From NCBI GenBank assembly GCA_030141605.1, contig JAQGDQ010002376.1, positions 354,422-418,421 on the forward strand: DNA of 64,000 nt, given 5' to 3'. A program made the translations under genes and the position numbers. The notes beneath the pieces are model-generated. The model saw only the letters and a program-made list of their open reading frames with translations, made no database searches and had not been told where the DNA came from. Origin of the DNA: Tubiluchus corallicola (taxonomy: Eukaryota; Animalia; Priapulida). Below, piece after piece: positions 24,585-37,382 of this stretch (positions are counted from its first letter, which is position 1; each line of letters starts with the position of its first letter).

Positions 24585-27500
24585 ACTGCACGCTATAGCA
24601 GCATAGAAATCTGCTGTTACAGTAAATGTGCCCTTTGTTCTTAGTTGTTTTGGAAGTTACCTATCTAGCATGCCAAAAGACAACTAGATTAGAAGACTGA
24701 CATGTATTATATCATCTTCCCTATCATTGTTACCGTCATCATGTACTATAACATTTTTTTAAATGTGTGGCATTCTGGCAGAAATTTTTGTTCCTTTTGG
24801 CAGAAATTCTGCCAGGGTGTAAAAGTTGTAGGCAACTGAGTTTCTGTGCCTTAGCAACTAGATTCTTATTGGTTGTGATACTCAAATTAGTTTTTTTTTA
24901 GAAATAACTACGTGTGCTTTTGCAAAAATTGGTTATGCATAGTGTATTTTTAACATTTAGTTACAGTACTGATTTTATAGTTTAGTTAAAAGTGGAGTAG
25001 GTACTTAGCGTATTTTGTATAATAATTGTATATACCAACTGTACAAACTTTGCAAATGTGCAATAGAGAATCAATATTGATTTTTAATATGGTTTGCAAT
25101 GAAATGGTACATGAATGCTGGCAGTTTTTTCCAAATTTGCAACACATTTTTGCAGCTATTAGTTTCGTACTTTTTAACTGCTATACTTACTTTTACATTC
25201 TCATTTTTAAACAAAATTTATATTTTTTGTATAATTTAACATCAAGACAGGGAGTTGCGAAGTACAAGTGAATGTTGTCAAGGGGTAGCAAACAAACGAA
25301 ATGAGATGCGGATGGTATTGTAACCCATGACATTGGCCTAAATGTGGCTTTTAGAAAAGTATTTCTCAATATTTTCCATACTCCTGTTTTGCAGTGATAT
25401 AAATTTTTGTATGTTGGCTTTTAGTATTTCACCTCCATGTTTTTCTACCTCTCATGTCTGGCATACACGAGGCAAACTCTGTCTGCAACAGCTTGTCAGA
25501 CACTGATTTTTTTGTCCATATGCACAATGCGTAAATACTGTTTTACCAAGTTTGGCACATGGGTTTTTATTAAACGTGCTTAATTTTCTGTCTGACGTGG
25601 TGGTGTAGCAAGTACTTGTGGTATCCTAGCCTTTTAACATTTTGACCATTTGTTTCGTTGATGAAGCCACAAATTGTGTGCGTTTTTTGCATCCCTGAGC
25701 CTGACTTTTCTTTTTTGACGTGATGGGATAAAGGTAAACAAATTTCGGCCAAGAATCACACTGAGTTTGATTTGCGGAACTGCACCACAGTAACTCTTTT
25801 CTATGCATTAGTTACGTGTAACACAACGGTCCTTAAACATTTAGCTCCAGCATTAAAACATGCAAAGATTGTCAAAGATACAGAACGCTACAGGTTTTCA
25901 CAATAATGCAATCGGCATTTAGAGAAGTCACTGTTTCTTTCAAAATTATCGATCTGCTAAGCCACACAACACCTTACACACGCTGTTAAGTAACAACACT
26001 AGCTTTTTTTCTAGGCTGGATGTAATAATTAGTCAGCTACAATGATCTCTGACTAGGCAGTTTTGAAAACTTTTGTTATTTGCTTTGTTAGTGTTGGATC
26101 TGTGCTTAATAAATAACAGTTATTGAACTCTAGAAGAATTTCGCGCCCTCTCACCCTTGCACGCAGCAATCGCATCCATCTTGCGATGCCTCTAGTCTGA
26201 CACAAACTCATCCTGCTCCCATGTGCAGGCTTGGCACAACAATTTGCATCAGACCATCAAAAAGTAATTGTTTTGTCCTGTGTTATGTAATAATTGTGTA
26301 TTAAGGTTACGCATGACACAGGTTGTTTCGTACAAAAGTTGCCTTGTGCGGGGAAATTTTGTCTAAGACAATTTGCATTGATCAGACATTTCCCTAAAGA
26401 CAGATTTTTTTGCTGTGTGCAGTTAGTATTAGATCTCACTGTTTATTAGTTAAAGCACTAAATAATCATTGCAGGTTAAGGTTTATGTTTAAATATTGTA
26501 CATTTACTTGAGAGCTTATGAGCGACTACTGTGAAGTGCAATTGTTGATGACTTTTCATTCCATAACGTTAGACTATAGTGTGATGTAAGCGTATTACAC
26601 ATGACTGCAGTATAACAGTAGAACTAGCAACTGAAGTTTCAAATTGTCTAACACTTATATTGGTTTGCAGATGAGCTGTGAGATTTATCGCAATATATTG
26701 GCTGAGGCCATTTGTTTCTTCGACAAATCCTCTCCCTCTGTCAGTATTTCTGTGATACGCGTTTATCACGAAAAGTTCGAATTCATTATTTTAAATGAAG
26801 ATAATTTAGATAAAAACATTTTAAATGAAAATAAAATATAGGTACTAAATCAATCATGGGCTATTCATGCAGTTATATATGGCAACTATAGATTTATAGT
26901 AGTGATAATCAAAATATTTGTCTAGTGAAATACTGTACATACTGTTGAAAAGGTCCTGCAGCCATTGCTGTATATCTTTTTATTCTTGTAATACCACTCA
27001 TTAACAGGAATCTTTTGTAATATTTTCATGTGATGTTTTCTCCCTGCTTTTCCAGTTCTTTTGGCATTGTGCATAATAGTAAGCAGATTCAGTGTCTCGC
27101 AAACAATGGAGAAGCAGCTAACTCTAGTAACTTGAGTGTGGTGAGTGTATAATGTGCTTAGTTTGTGTATTTCTTTAGCGAACAGTCAGCTGCTCATATC
27201 ACGCTTTCTAATTATTTGTGTGTGTATATATATATATATATATATTTTTTTTTTTTCTTGATAAACTATATATATGTATATATATAGGCTATAAGCCATG
27301 TTTGGACCAAGTGGTGGTAGCTAATATACTGTATAGCAATGATTATAGTTGTATATATTTTAGTACTAAAAAGTACTGACTGTTTAATGTATATTTCGCA
27401 TTTTCGTTTTATGCACCTATACATGCATTTTATGAAATCTCATTAATGTGGATCTTATATCATTGTAATTTTTTTGGCTTTTCTCATTCCACTGTGCCAT

Positions 27501-29021
27501 GAAATTACTTAGGATACGTTTTGTTGTGGTGATCAACTAAAGCTGTAATGACTTTATCCCCGTTAAGTAAATTTAAGCAAAAATTGGCATGTTTGTGGTC
27601 ATAGGTCACCCTAAAGGTCATGTAAAGGTCGTCACTAAGATACGCAGGGCTGGAAAGACTCTAACACAGATTAAAAAGTTCAGCTGCATAATCTGCTGTA
27701 TGAACATTATCTGCCCAATGCATAAATCGTTTGGATTTTCTTATAATCAAGAAACACTAGTGTGGCTAACAATCCTGTCAAGAACAGTTATTGTAACTGC
27801 AGATATTAGATGTATCTAAACACACATTTTGTGAATAAGGGACTAGAGTTCGTTTAGCATTAAGTTCGTATTCGTTTAGATGTCTGTGCATTTTGTCATT
27901 AAATTTTTTATGATCTCTATCTAACATCAGCGCCTTTATTGTATGGTAATATATGACGTCCATTTTGTATGTTCATATTATACTTTAACAAAATGGTGAC
28001 GAAATTATTTTTTTACTACAATAAAACTGTCACTTGTCTTTTTTCCTTTTTTATTTTTAAGTTGTTTGTATTTTTGTAATTAGAAGACGTACCATTGTGA
28101 TTTTAGTTACAATTATCTTAGCCTGCATAGAGCCTGCGTTAGATGAATATACTGGCTTACAATGTGTTTAATGTAAGCAAAAGTGAAAAATTGAGATCCG
28201 CGATTGCAAATTATCGGCCAACAATTAGCAATCGATTTTTATTACAGTAATAATTAAACAATTTGCCATAGGCCAGGCTATCTACTCCTATTATTGGCGC
28301 AGTATTTTATATTTACACCTTTTTTGTATAACCATATGGCATTAAAATAATGATTTTCATAATAAGTTTGTTGCTTATACACGGCATATATATCAACGAC
28401 TGCATTCATCTTTTGACCTGCTTGACAAGCTTTGTGCAGAAAGTGATCGGTTCCTCTAAAGCTTGGCTAAACTCTTGTTAATTTTTGATTGGCGAACAGT
28501 GAATTCTGCCAGATGCCATATTCTGGTTTCATCATCGTCAGTATGTTAGGCATCAGATTATAACATTGAATAGCTATTAGGTTAAATCATGAGGTAGGGT
28601 AGAGCCCTGGGGTATGGCCTCATACAGCGGTATGCCGCACTGGAGCAGGCATAGTCAACTGATAACTGGTCACGATCCGCGAGCACCGTGCACACTGGTC
28701 AATGACACATGGGCGTAATCAAATAATCTGCAATTTTTTCAACCACACTAGACCAGGCGTAGCTAAGTAACAAAAACAGTGATGCTCACGCTCACCAGAG
28801 TAGAATTTGAATTCGTTCAGTTTTGCTCACATTAAATGACATCAGCATTACATTTAAGTGAATATCAAGAAAAGTATTAAGCACAGCACTTGTAAACGGT
28901 AGATACGACGATAGCATGAACACCTGCGAAGTCATCCATTTTTTTCAGACGGTTTTTTTCAACAACGCGTAAATGTTCACGCATTTTTTGGGTCATCAAA
29001 CGTGACCCTTTCAGTTGGTTG

Positions 29022-31249
29022 TCAAGCGTGCACTTTGTCTTTATCTTTATGACCATGAAACACTTTATTGAGAACATGAATTACTTGCTGAGCTGCAGCA
29101 CTCGACCGGCGGCGACCTAAAATACAATGCAATAGAATATAACACCTTTACTTAATGTCCATTTTCACAAAATAAAACATAAACTGTAGGCTATTTTCAC
29201 AGACAAGATTAAATACAATAAGATCTATTTACAAATAAAGTAGCATAAAATACACACATCATCATTTACACACGCGGACTTTAATACCTAATACATTTCT
29301 CACACAAATGAATGAGCACATCCATTCTAACACACTCAGTCATTCTCTCATGCACTCATTCACTCTGGCTAAATTTTACACATATTACAACTACGTGAAG
29401 GTGATTGCCATTGATAAGACTTGAAAATTTTTAAGTTACTGCAAAAAAACAAAACATTTTAGCCATTATTAATTTTCGCTAAAATACATGCACGATACTA
29501 CGTAGTCAATTAGTCATGCAGTTTCTACCTCTTTGCCAGTAGATATTTTGCTACAGCTGCTAGTCCATCGTTAACAGTAAAAAAGGCCACAGTAACTGCT
29601 TTACACCTATGTGAGCAAAACTGCGAGTAAACCGCCTCTAAAATAAAATTAAATTCACCTCTTGATTCGACAACTTTCCGTCGCTTCAGTTCTCTGTGAA
29701 GTTCGTGGAATGATTCGACTACATTTTCGTCCCCGTCACTGGCAGAACATTCAAAAAAACTACAGCAGAGTTCTTCTGCGAGAGCTTCGCCCTCTTCTTG
29801 CTTCACCTGATAAGAAATCCTTTCAGAAAAAAACACTACTCTTTTTTCTTAGATATTATTACGTGAAAGTAGGAGCAAGCTGCAAGTTTGGAATTCTTTA
29901 TCATAAATTAGTTAGAATTACTCTTGTGTGAGCGCTCTAACATTGGAAATGCTGCAACTTGGTTGGCCACCTGTCAAGGATGAACTTTGGGCTGCCTTGA
30001 TTATTGGGGAATGTGGTTGCCTATTGGTTTATGGACGATGCGTTGCAACCAGAATGTCCTGATTCAAATCCAGGCTGCATCCAGGCTATTTTAAACATAA
30101 GCTTGATAATTAATTACGTGTTAAAAACACACATTAACACCTTAATGGTATAATGAGAGACCGATCAAGATAGAGCATTATTAAAGACTACCATTTGGAG
30201 TTAATGAAGTCATTTGCGAGTCCTGAAAAGAACTAAAGACAAAAGACTTGGAGAAAAGCAACCTTCCCCACAATTGAATTTTTGTGATTCTCATCACAGG
30301 CGGCACGTTTAGCAGAAAGCGCCAAATATAATCATCTTTTTTGTTTAAAGTCGGCTCTTAATTCAACAGACAACACAAACTTGCCATGAGGCTTTCATCA
30401 ACAAATTACACCTACATAGTAGAGATTATTATTACCCTACTTTTACCCTAAATGTCACGCGCCAGGCTGGGCAACAACGGACACCATTTTTAAAGTCTTT
30501 GGCATTACCCGGCCGCTGTATCGAACTCATCACCTTCCAGACCTTAGCACTAGATTATATCTGACAGAAATTATATTAGTTAAGAGTGCTAAGTATATTA
30601 ATTACTTTAAGGTGGAATATCATCAATCTAAGTAGACCTACATTAATTTTCTTATAAAAACATTGTCACATTTAAATGAGTTAGTTGAAAACAAAATGCA
30701 ACTCAATTATCTTGCGCTTAAACTGTAAGGCAATTATTTGTACATGCACAAAACTCACCTCTCTTATATGATCTAGATCTGCTTTATTACCAATTATAAT
30801 GCAAGGCGAAGACTTGGTCCCTTTAATGTCGTCTATGTATAATTTTATTGAGGCGATTTGTTTGAAACTATCTCTGTCATCAATACTGTAAACTAGCAAA
30901 AACGATTCCCCCCACTTCACCTGTCCCTCCTTGTGCGGAGTTTCACTCTGGAAAATATTAAGTTAAAGTATAAACATATACACATTTTGATTTATAGTTA
31001 TTATAATATTAATGACAAGATTATTATTAAGGCAACAAAATCGACAATAGGAAAAGTGAAAAAGTTGAAATACAGTCTGAAATACAACTTTTTTACTTTT
31101 CTTGTCTTTCAAAATTTAATTAATTGTATGATAATTAATGCACATTTTAATATTGCACAGGACTAGCTTAGCAGGCCTAATTATTTTTGTTGTAACACAC
31201 AAATAATAATAATACACATAGTATATACATAAATACATATATTTTTTCA

Positions 31250-31282
<33 letters not shown>

Positions 31283-34200
31283 GTGTGTATGCTAGTTTTT
31301 GGCGTGTTGCTTGAAAACATTAATTTATTTGAACCATGACGCGTTTCGTTGTTCATGTCAGCTTTTTAAAATGGATTGAAACAATGAAACACACTGTAAT
31401 AAATACGCAAATGTATGCGCAAGTGTTTTCTGCAAAAATAAGATTTTCAGACTATGATAAGATGAGAATACATTGAAAAAATGTTCGTTTCAGTTATAAT
31501 TCATATTTAAAATAATATTAAAACTGATAAAGTGAAACATTTATTTCCTACTTGCAAGTTCAGACACAAGGTAAGAGGTATAATCAAAAATAAAATGCAA
31601 ATAGATTATGGCACGCTTAAAGTGTCACTGGTTAAACGTAGATTATGTAATAACAAAAATTTTATTTCAGCTGTAAAAAATTGCACATAAATTTGTGTAT
31701 TTATTATTGTATTTCATTAATCCGTTTCAAGGTCATGGTTCAAGTAAATGAATATGTATTTTTTGTGCAATATTATTGAAAAGGACTAAAGGTATACAAA
31801 CGCTTTATAACTTACCTGACCTCCTGTGTCCAATATCTCGAGTATTACATTTTCATCATCAATTATGAGCGCATGTCTATACGTCCATTCTATATTATAA
31901 AAGACAAACATTCAAATTTAGCAATCCACCATCTTAATGTCGTACTGTTATGAATCGCAATGTTCATTGTATCCTATTAATTCAGTGTCATGTTCACACT
32001 GGAAAATCTAGTTCGCACTAAGATTGTAGTTCTGTTCACACTAAGTTGATCAACACAACCAGTAGGCCCAGTCTCGGTCTCAACTAGCTCTAATCTCAGT
32101 GCTTATAATCAGCATAGAGGTATTTTTATTGTGCAAGTATTTAATAGCTATAGTGTAAGAACTGAAGAAAATTCCTGTCAATGTGTCACTTACTGAAAAT
32201 CTCACACCAGCTCATGCAAGAAAAATGCCGTGTAGATACATTTGTGCAAATTTGTAAAGCGCCTAGCATCTACAAAGCAAATTACAAACTTTCAGCGATA
32301 AGAAACCGATAAATTAATATTTCAGTTTGATTGTAAAAATAGTGGGTGTCAGGAGATGATGATATTGATAAATTATAATATAGTAGAGTGCTAATAGTAG
32401 GTATGCTGCAACAAAGAAGAAAACTATCCACTCTGTGGGGGAAGGTTCGCTACTAAATGTACGGGGGGAGGGGATTTAAATAAAGGTGCGCTAACTAAAC
32501 AGGTTAGTCATAAAGTCGACCAATTCAACATTTCCTTAAAATCGTAAAGAAAATTTTTATGCGAAAACAGTTACGGAATTTGGATGTCTTACCTAAGGTT
32601 GGGTCATATTCCCAGATAAACCTCTTTGTCAGGAATCGAACAATTAATGCTGCAATAGCAAATGCCAAAAATTAGTATGTTGATACACTACACATCTAAA
32701 CATGTAGTAAACAAATGATTTTATTTCATAAATAACATAGTAATATTTACGTGTTTTCTTAACGTGTTAACCTTTATTTGGTATAGCAAAGGGTCTGTAT
32801 AGAAATGATGTCTGATTGATGGGAGAAGTGAGGTCAGTACTACTGACTTGCAGCAACCTTTTATATAAGCAAGTTCTTTCTATCCCTTTTTAAGGTTGAG
32901 TTCGCCAGACCGGATTATATAAACCACGTAATTATGATCACACATACACAAAATCGGCTTTGGCTTCCTTCAGACGTATGAAACCCATAAGAAAATTTGC
33001 TTATTAACTCATGCAAGAGCTTAGAAATTTTCACTCCAGTCGTTTCTTAAGCTGAGGATTATAGCCATCTGGAACGTAGCTTGTCATTTCCCAAGCCTTT
33101 TACGAAACGAGAACATTTTTATTTAATTCGTACTCCGTTCTGCAAATTTGCCGTTTTTTGTTGAGGAAATTTTAATGAACTACGAAAGATTTAGGTAGTC
33201 TAAGTTGACTCATTAAAATCGACTCTTTCCGCGGGATAGCTGGCGGCACTTTGAGAAAGCAACAGGCTCATAGCGCTGCAGCTAATAAGTGTTTTTAATG
33301 GGGAATTAAATTGGGATTCATGTCTCAATATCCTTAACGAGCACAAGTTTCTAATGCGATAAAAGTAATACATTTCCAGCGCTACATGACATGAATGAAA
33401 CAAAAAGTAAAATGCCAAGCTTTCTCTCAACAATAGTTGTTTTTTTCAGAGCTTAAATTTAATTGTTGTTTTAGACCAAGCTTGAGAGTACCAATGATTC
33501 AACACAGGAAATAAACGGAAAAATCGCGACGCTTGTGGAACTTACTGTACGCAGGGCCGGATTATGACCTTTTGGGGCTCCTAGGCCAAAGCAATTATTC
33601 GGCCCCCTTCGGACGGCGTCAGCCTCTAAACTCGCCAAAATCCATCTTGAATATTTTTTGCTGGTGGTATGTCTTAGCGATATGTATATAGCTTGACGTA
33701 AACTTATTGCAAATTGTTTAAATAAACTAGAAAAGCTGACTTTTGTTTGTCAATAAAAATATTCTTTAAGAAATAGGCTATGCAAACCAGATTAGCATAT
33801 TGTTTCAACACAACCGTAGTAAAAAAGCACATTTTTAGTCAAATGTTACTAAAGCTTGAAGGGCTTCAATATTGAGGGGCCCTAGGTTTGCAGCCTGTAT
33901 TAGCCTATAGAATAATCCGGTTCTGACTGCATTATACTGTACTATAGTTGCATAACTAAATTTGAACCATATATATTGATATATAATAACGCTAACTACT
34001 TTGCTTTGACAATCAGCAAAGCCGTACTATAGTAAAACAATTAACAAATAATGCGCGTAATGCAACCCAATATCTTCAGTAAAGACGAGTTGAATTAAGT
34101 ATTTCAATAATCTCAGTTCACAGGATAAAATATCAATCTTTCTATCTGGTAATCCACAACTAAGCCATGATAAAAATATTCTCATATTTCAATTAGTGCA

Positions 34201-37200
34201 GAGATATATTAAGGAGACTAAAATATTCGCCGTAGAAATTAGTCATTATTCAGTACTTTGCCAGATTAGTTTAAAAAGTATAATGCATTTTGCATATGTA
34301 AAGTTCTCTAATGCTTCATTGCCAATTATTTCCGTACAAACTTTGTAATTTTTGATGTACAAATGATGCAAGCCTGGTGTACAAATCAGTTTATTCTAGA
34401 CTGTTCACCCTAGGCTTTATAATATAATAACTAAAATTACGTTAACTTTTTTAGAGGAGTGAACTTTAAACCGTTTGAATAATCCAAAAAATATATTATA
34501 ATCAAGCTCCTCAATACTTGATAGAAAATTACATGAGCTTCGTCCCAACAATCACTATGCTCTACGTGACCCATTTTTTATTGCCTACACGACATTTGTA
34601 TAATAGTTTTTTTCCAAAAAGGCATCCGCCCATGGAATAGTTTACCAATTGAAAGCAGACAGGCCTTCCTTTCTCCATTTGCTTTTAAAAGTAGATTCTT
34701 GAACCTATGGGGAGTTCGTACTAAACGAGTATGCCCCAATTATAATGAAGATCGAAGTAATGAAATTTCAACAAATAGATTCATTGCTAATTTTTCGCAA
34801 TTAAAAGGTGATTTGTTTTTCAGGAATATTATCGATGATGACCGTTCATGTAGCTACAACAATTCGACTGAAAGCCCTCGCCATTATGTTTTCGCGCAAA
34901 CTATGACATACACACAACACTATTATTGACTCTGTTATTATCATCACATAACTCAAGAATTACACGCCAAATCTAGACCTGCTATTATGTACAAGGACAT
35001 TTTTTATAAACTCAGATCAGGTCATCCATCCAAATTGTTGCCGAACTACAAAAAGTCCACTAAACGTTTTGTTAACTGATTGTACGTATAATTGTATTTT
35101 AAGTTATTATGTAGACTGTCTTTCAATCAAGTACTCATTAATAAACAACTTATGCTAGAATCAACCATATGTACTGTTGTAGTAACTGTAATACTACACT
35201 AATTGTATTAATTCCACATGTATTGGATTTCTGAATTCTGTAGCAACATTGTGCATTACAATGTACAACTTGTACTTTTCATGGGCTTATAGGCTTATAC
35301 ATCGAGAATCGTTTCTGTTATCGTATCTATTGTATGGGTTTTGTAAATTTAATTAAGTATTAACTAATGAGCTAGTCGCATTTTTGAATTAACTATTTTG
35401 AGTTATTACATACTCTAACTAATTAATTGTATATTTCTTAACTGCACATAGTAGAAATACTGTGATCAGCAATAGTTACTGTGTTGTAAATCCACTCAAA
35501 ATAAATAAAGTATATATATAGCTCGAGGCCAGTCCAGTCCAGTATAGCGCACTTCCAGTCCACTACAATCCGTTCTGTTCTAATTCAAAGCAATGTAATC
35601 TATAGATCATTGCCTGGTATCTATCTATGCCGTCCTCTACGTACATTTAATTCAGGATCAGTTTCAAACTCATTAACTCACAAGTTTTGAGAGATGCTCT
35701 TCTTCCTGGGTTTTTTTTTAAATTAACGTCGTCTCAATTTTAGTACCTAATTTGTTAAATTGAATTTTGCTAAAATGCTTGTTTGTATTAGGTTGTTCTT
35801 AAAGGTCACGTAGGATTACACGAAATGTCGAGAGCAGGTAAATGATAAGGGCGTGTAAGTGAGCAGCACCCTTCTCTTTGCATTAGCAATGTAACCATCC
35901 TCCAAAACAACCTTCTCACTTGTAAGACAACTTCGGTTTTGGATTTAACAAGGAGAAAACTGTCTTAAACATGTCGAGTAGAAGACACGCGTTGACAAAT
36001 GTTGGTTGAAAATTCAGATACGCCAACGTTGTTTGAACGGTATTGTCGTTTTCCGTAGACGTTTTATCCTGGATAATGAAATGGAAATTGAAAGGGAGAA
36101 GTCGGAAATGGCTTCCTAACAAAATGCAAAGCACGGCTCTATATTTGAACGACCTAGCAAAATTCGAGAAAGTGAACGTTAGTGGATTATATTACTCTGG
36201 TTGATGATATGTGATTATGGAAGGTAAAAACATCCAATTTAGTTACAGATGCAGAATTTTTAGATGCACGAGGCAAGTAACTAAACGTTCTAAATATAAT
36301 CATTTCTTGCTACTCTTTAGTATCATGTATCTTTCTGGCTAAGAGCCAATTCTAAGTCTGTAACTAACGCTAAATTAGGTTTTTGTAAGAAATTTTATCT
36401 ATGGATGAGTGAAGATAATAATAATACATATCTTATTGATAAACTACTATAATAGAAACGAAACATGCTAATATGATATAATAGACCATGGTCATCATTC
36501 ATCTATCACGTATATCACCTATTACGTATATTATCTATTACCTATTATGTATCACCTATTACGTATATTATCTTTTGCGCATCTCATCTACTCTTGTCTA
36601 GCTCAGCTCAAAACTTCGCAGGTTTTTGGCTGTTAAATTCTACAACCGTAGCTTGTATGAACAATTTTTTTATTCAAAAGTCTTAATAGGAAACATTCTT
36701 GTAATAATTAAGTAATAACTGGTTATAAAGCCACGATACCATCAAATTTGACCCTTTCTTGTCTGTTATTAGATGACGTTCCTACAGGGCAAGATTATGT
36801 CCTTTTGGGGCCCCTAGGTTAATGAAATTATGGGCCCTCCTCAGACGGAGCCGCTCTCTATCTCGCCCGCACCCGTCTTGATACATTTTAGCGACATTTA
36901 TACAGCTTGAAGTGAACTTATTGCAAATTCTTTAAATAAACTAGAATAGCTGATTTTGTTTGTCAATAAAGATATTCTTTAAGAAATATCATTATGTTAC
37001 TATGTATTGTAAACTAAGTTAGGAGATATTGCAACACAACCGCAGTGAAAAACAGATTTTTTTTTACCAAATGTTAAAAAAGCTTGAAGGTCCCCAAGCT
37101 TGAGGAGCCTTAGGCTGCAACCTATACTAGTCTATAGGATAATCCGGCCCTGTTGCTGGCATCCTGAAATTGTGCTTAGTGTGCCTACAAATCTTAAGCT

Positions 37201-37350
37201 ATCTGGTAGCAGAGCCAAACATTTTTTAAATTAACACTGTTTGCGTTGAGACATCTTTATTTTATTTTATTTCATTTCATTTCATTTCATCTCATCTCAT
37301 CTCATCTCATCTCATCTCATCTCATCTCATCTCATCTCATCTCATCTCAT

Positions 37351-37382
<32 letters not shown>

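Noticed and set aside
25400-26260. Cys/His-containing short ORFs downstream of LITAF
   Set aside because: No consistent frame or splice sites; possibly a decayed DNA transposon, but I could not assign it.
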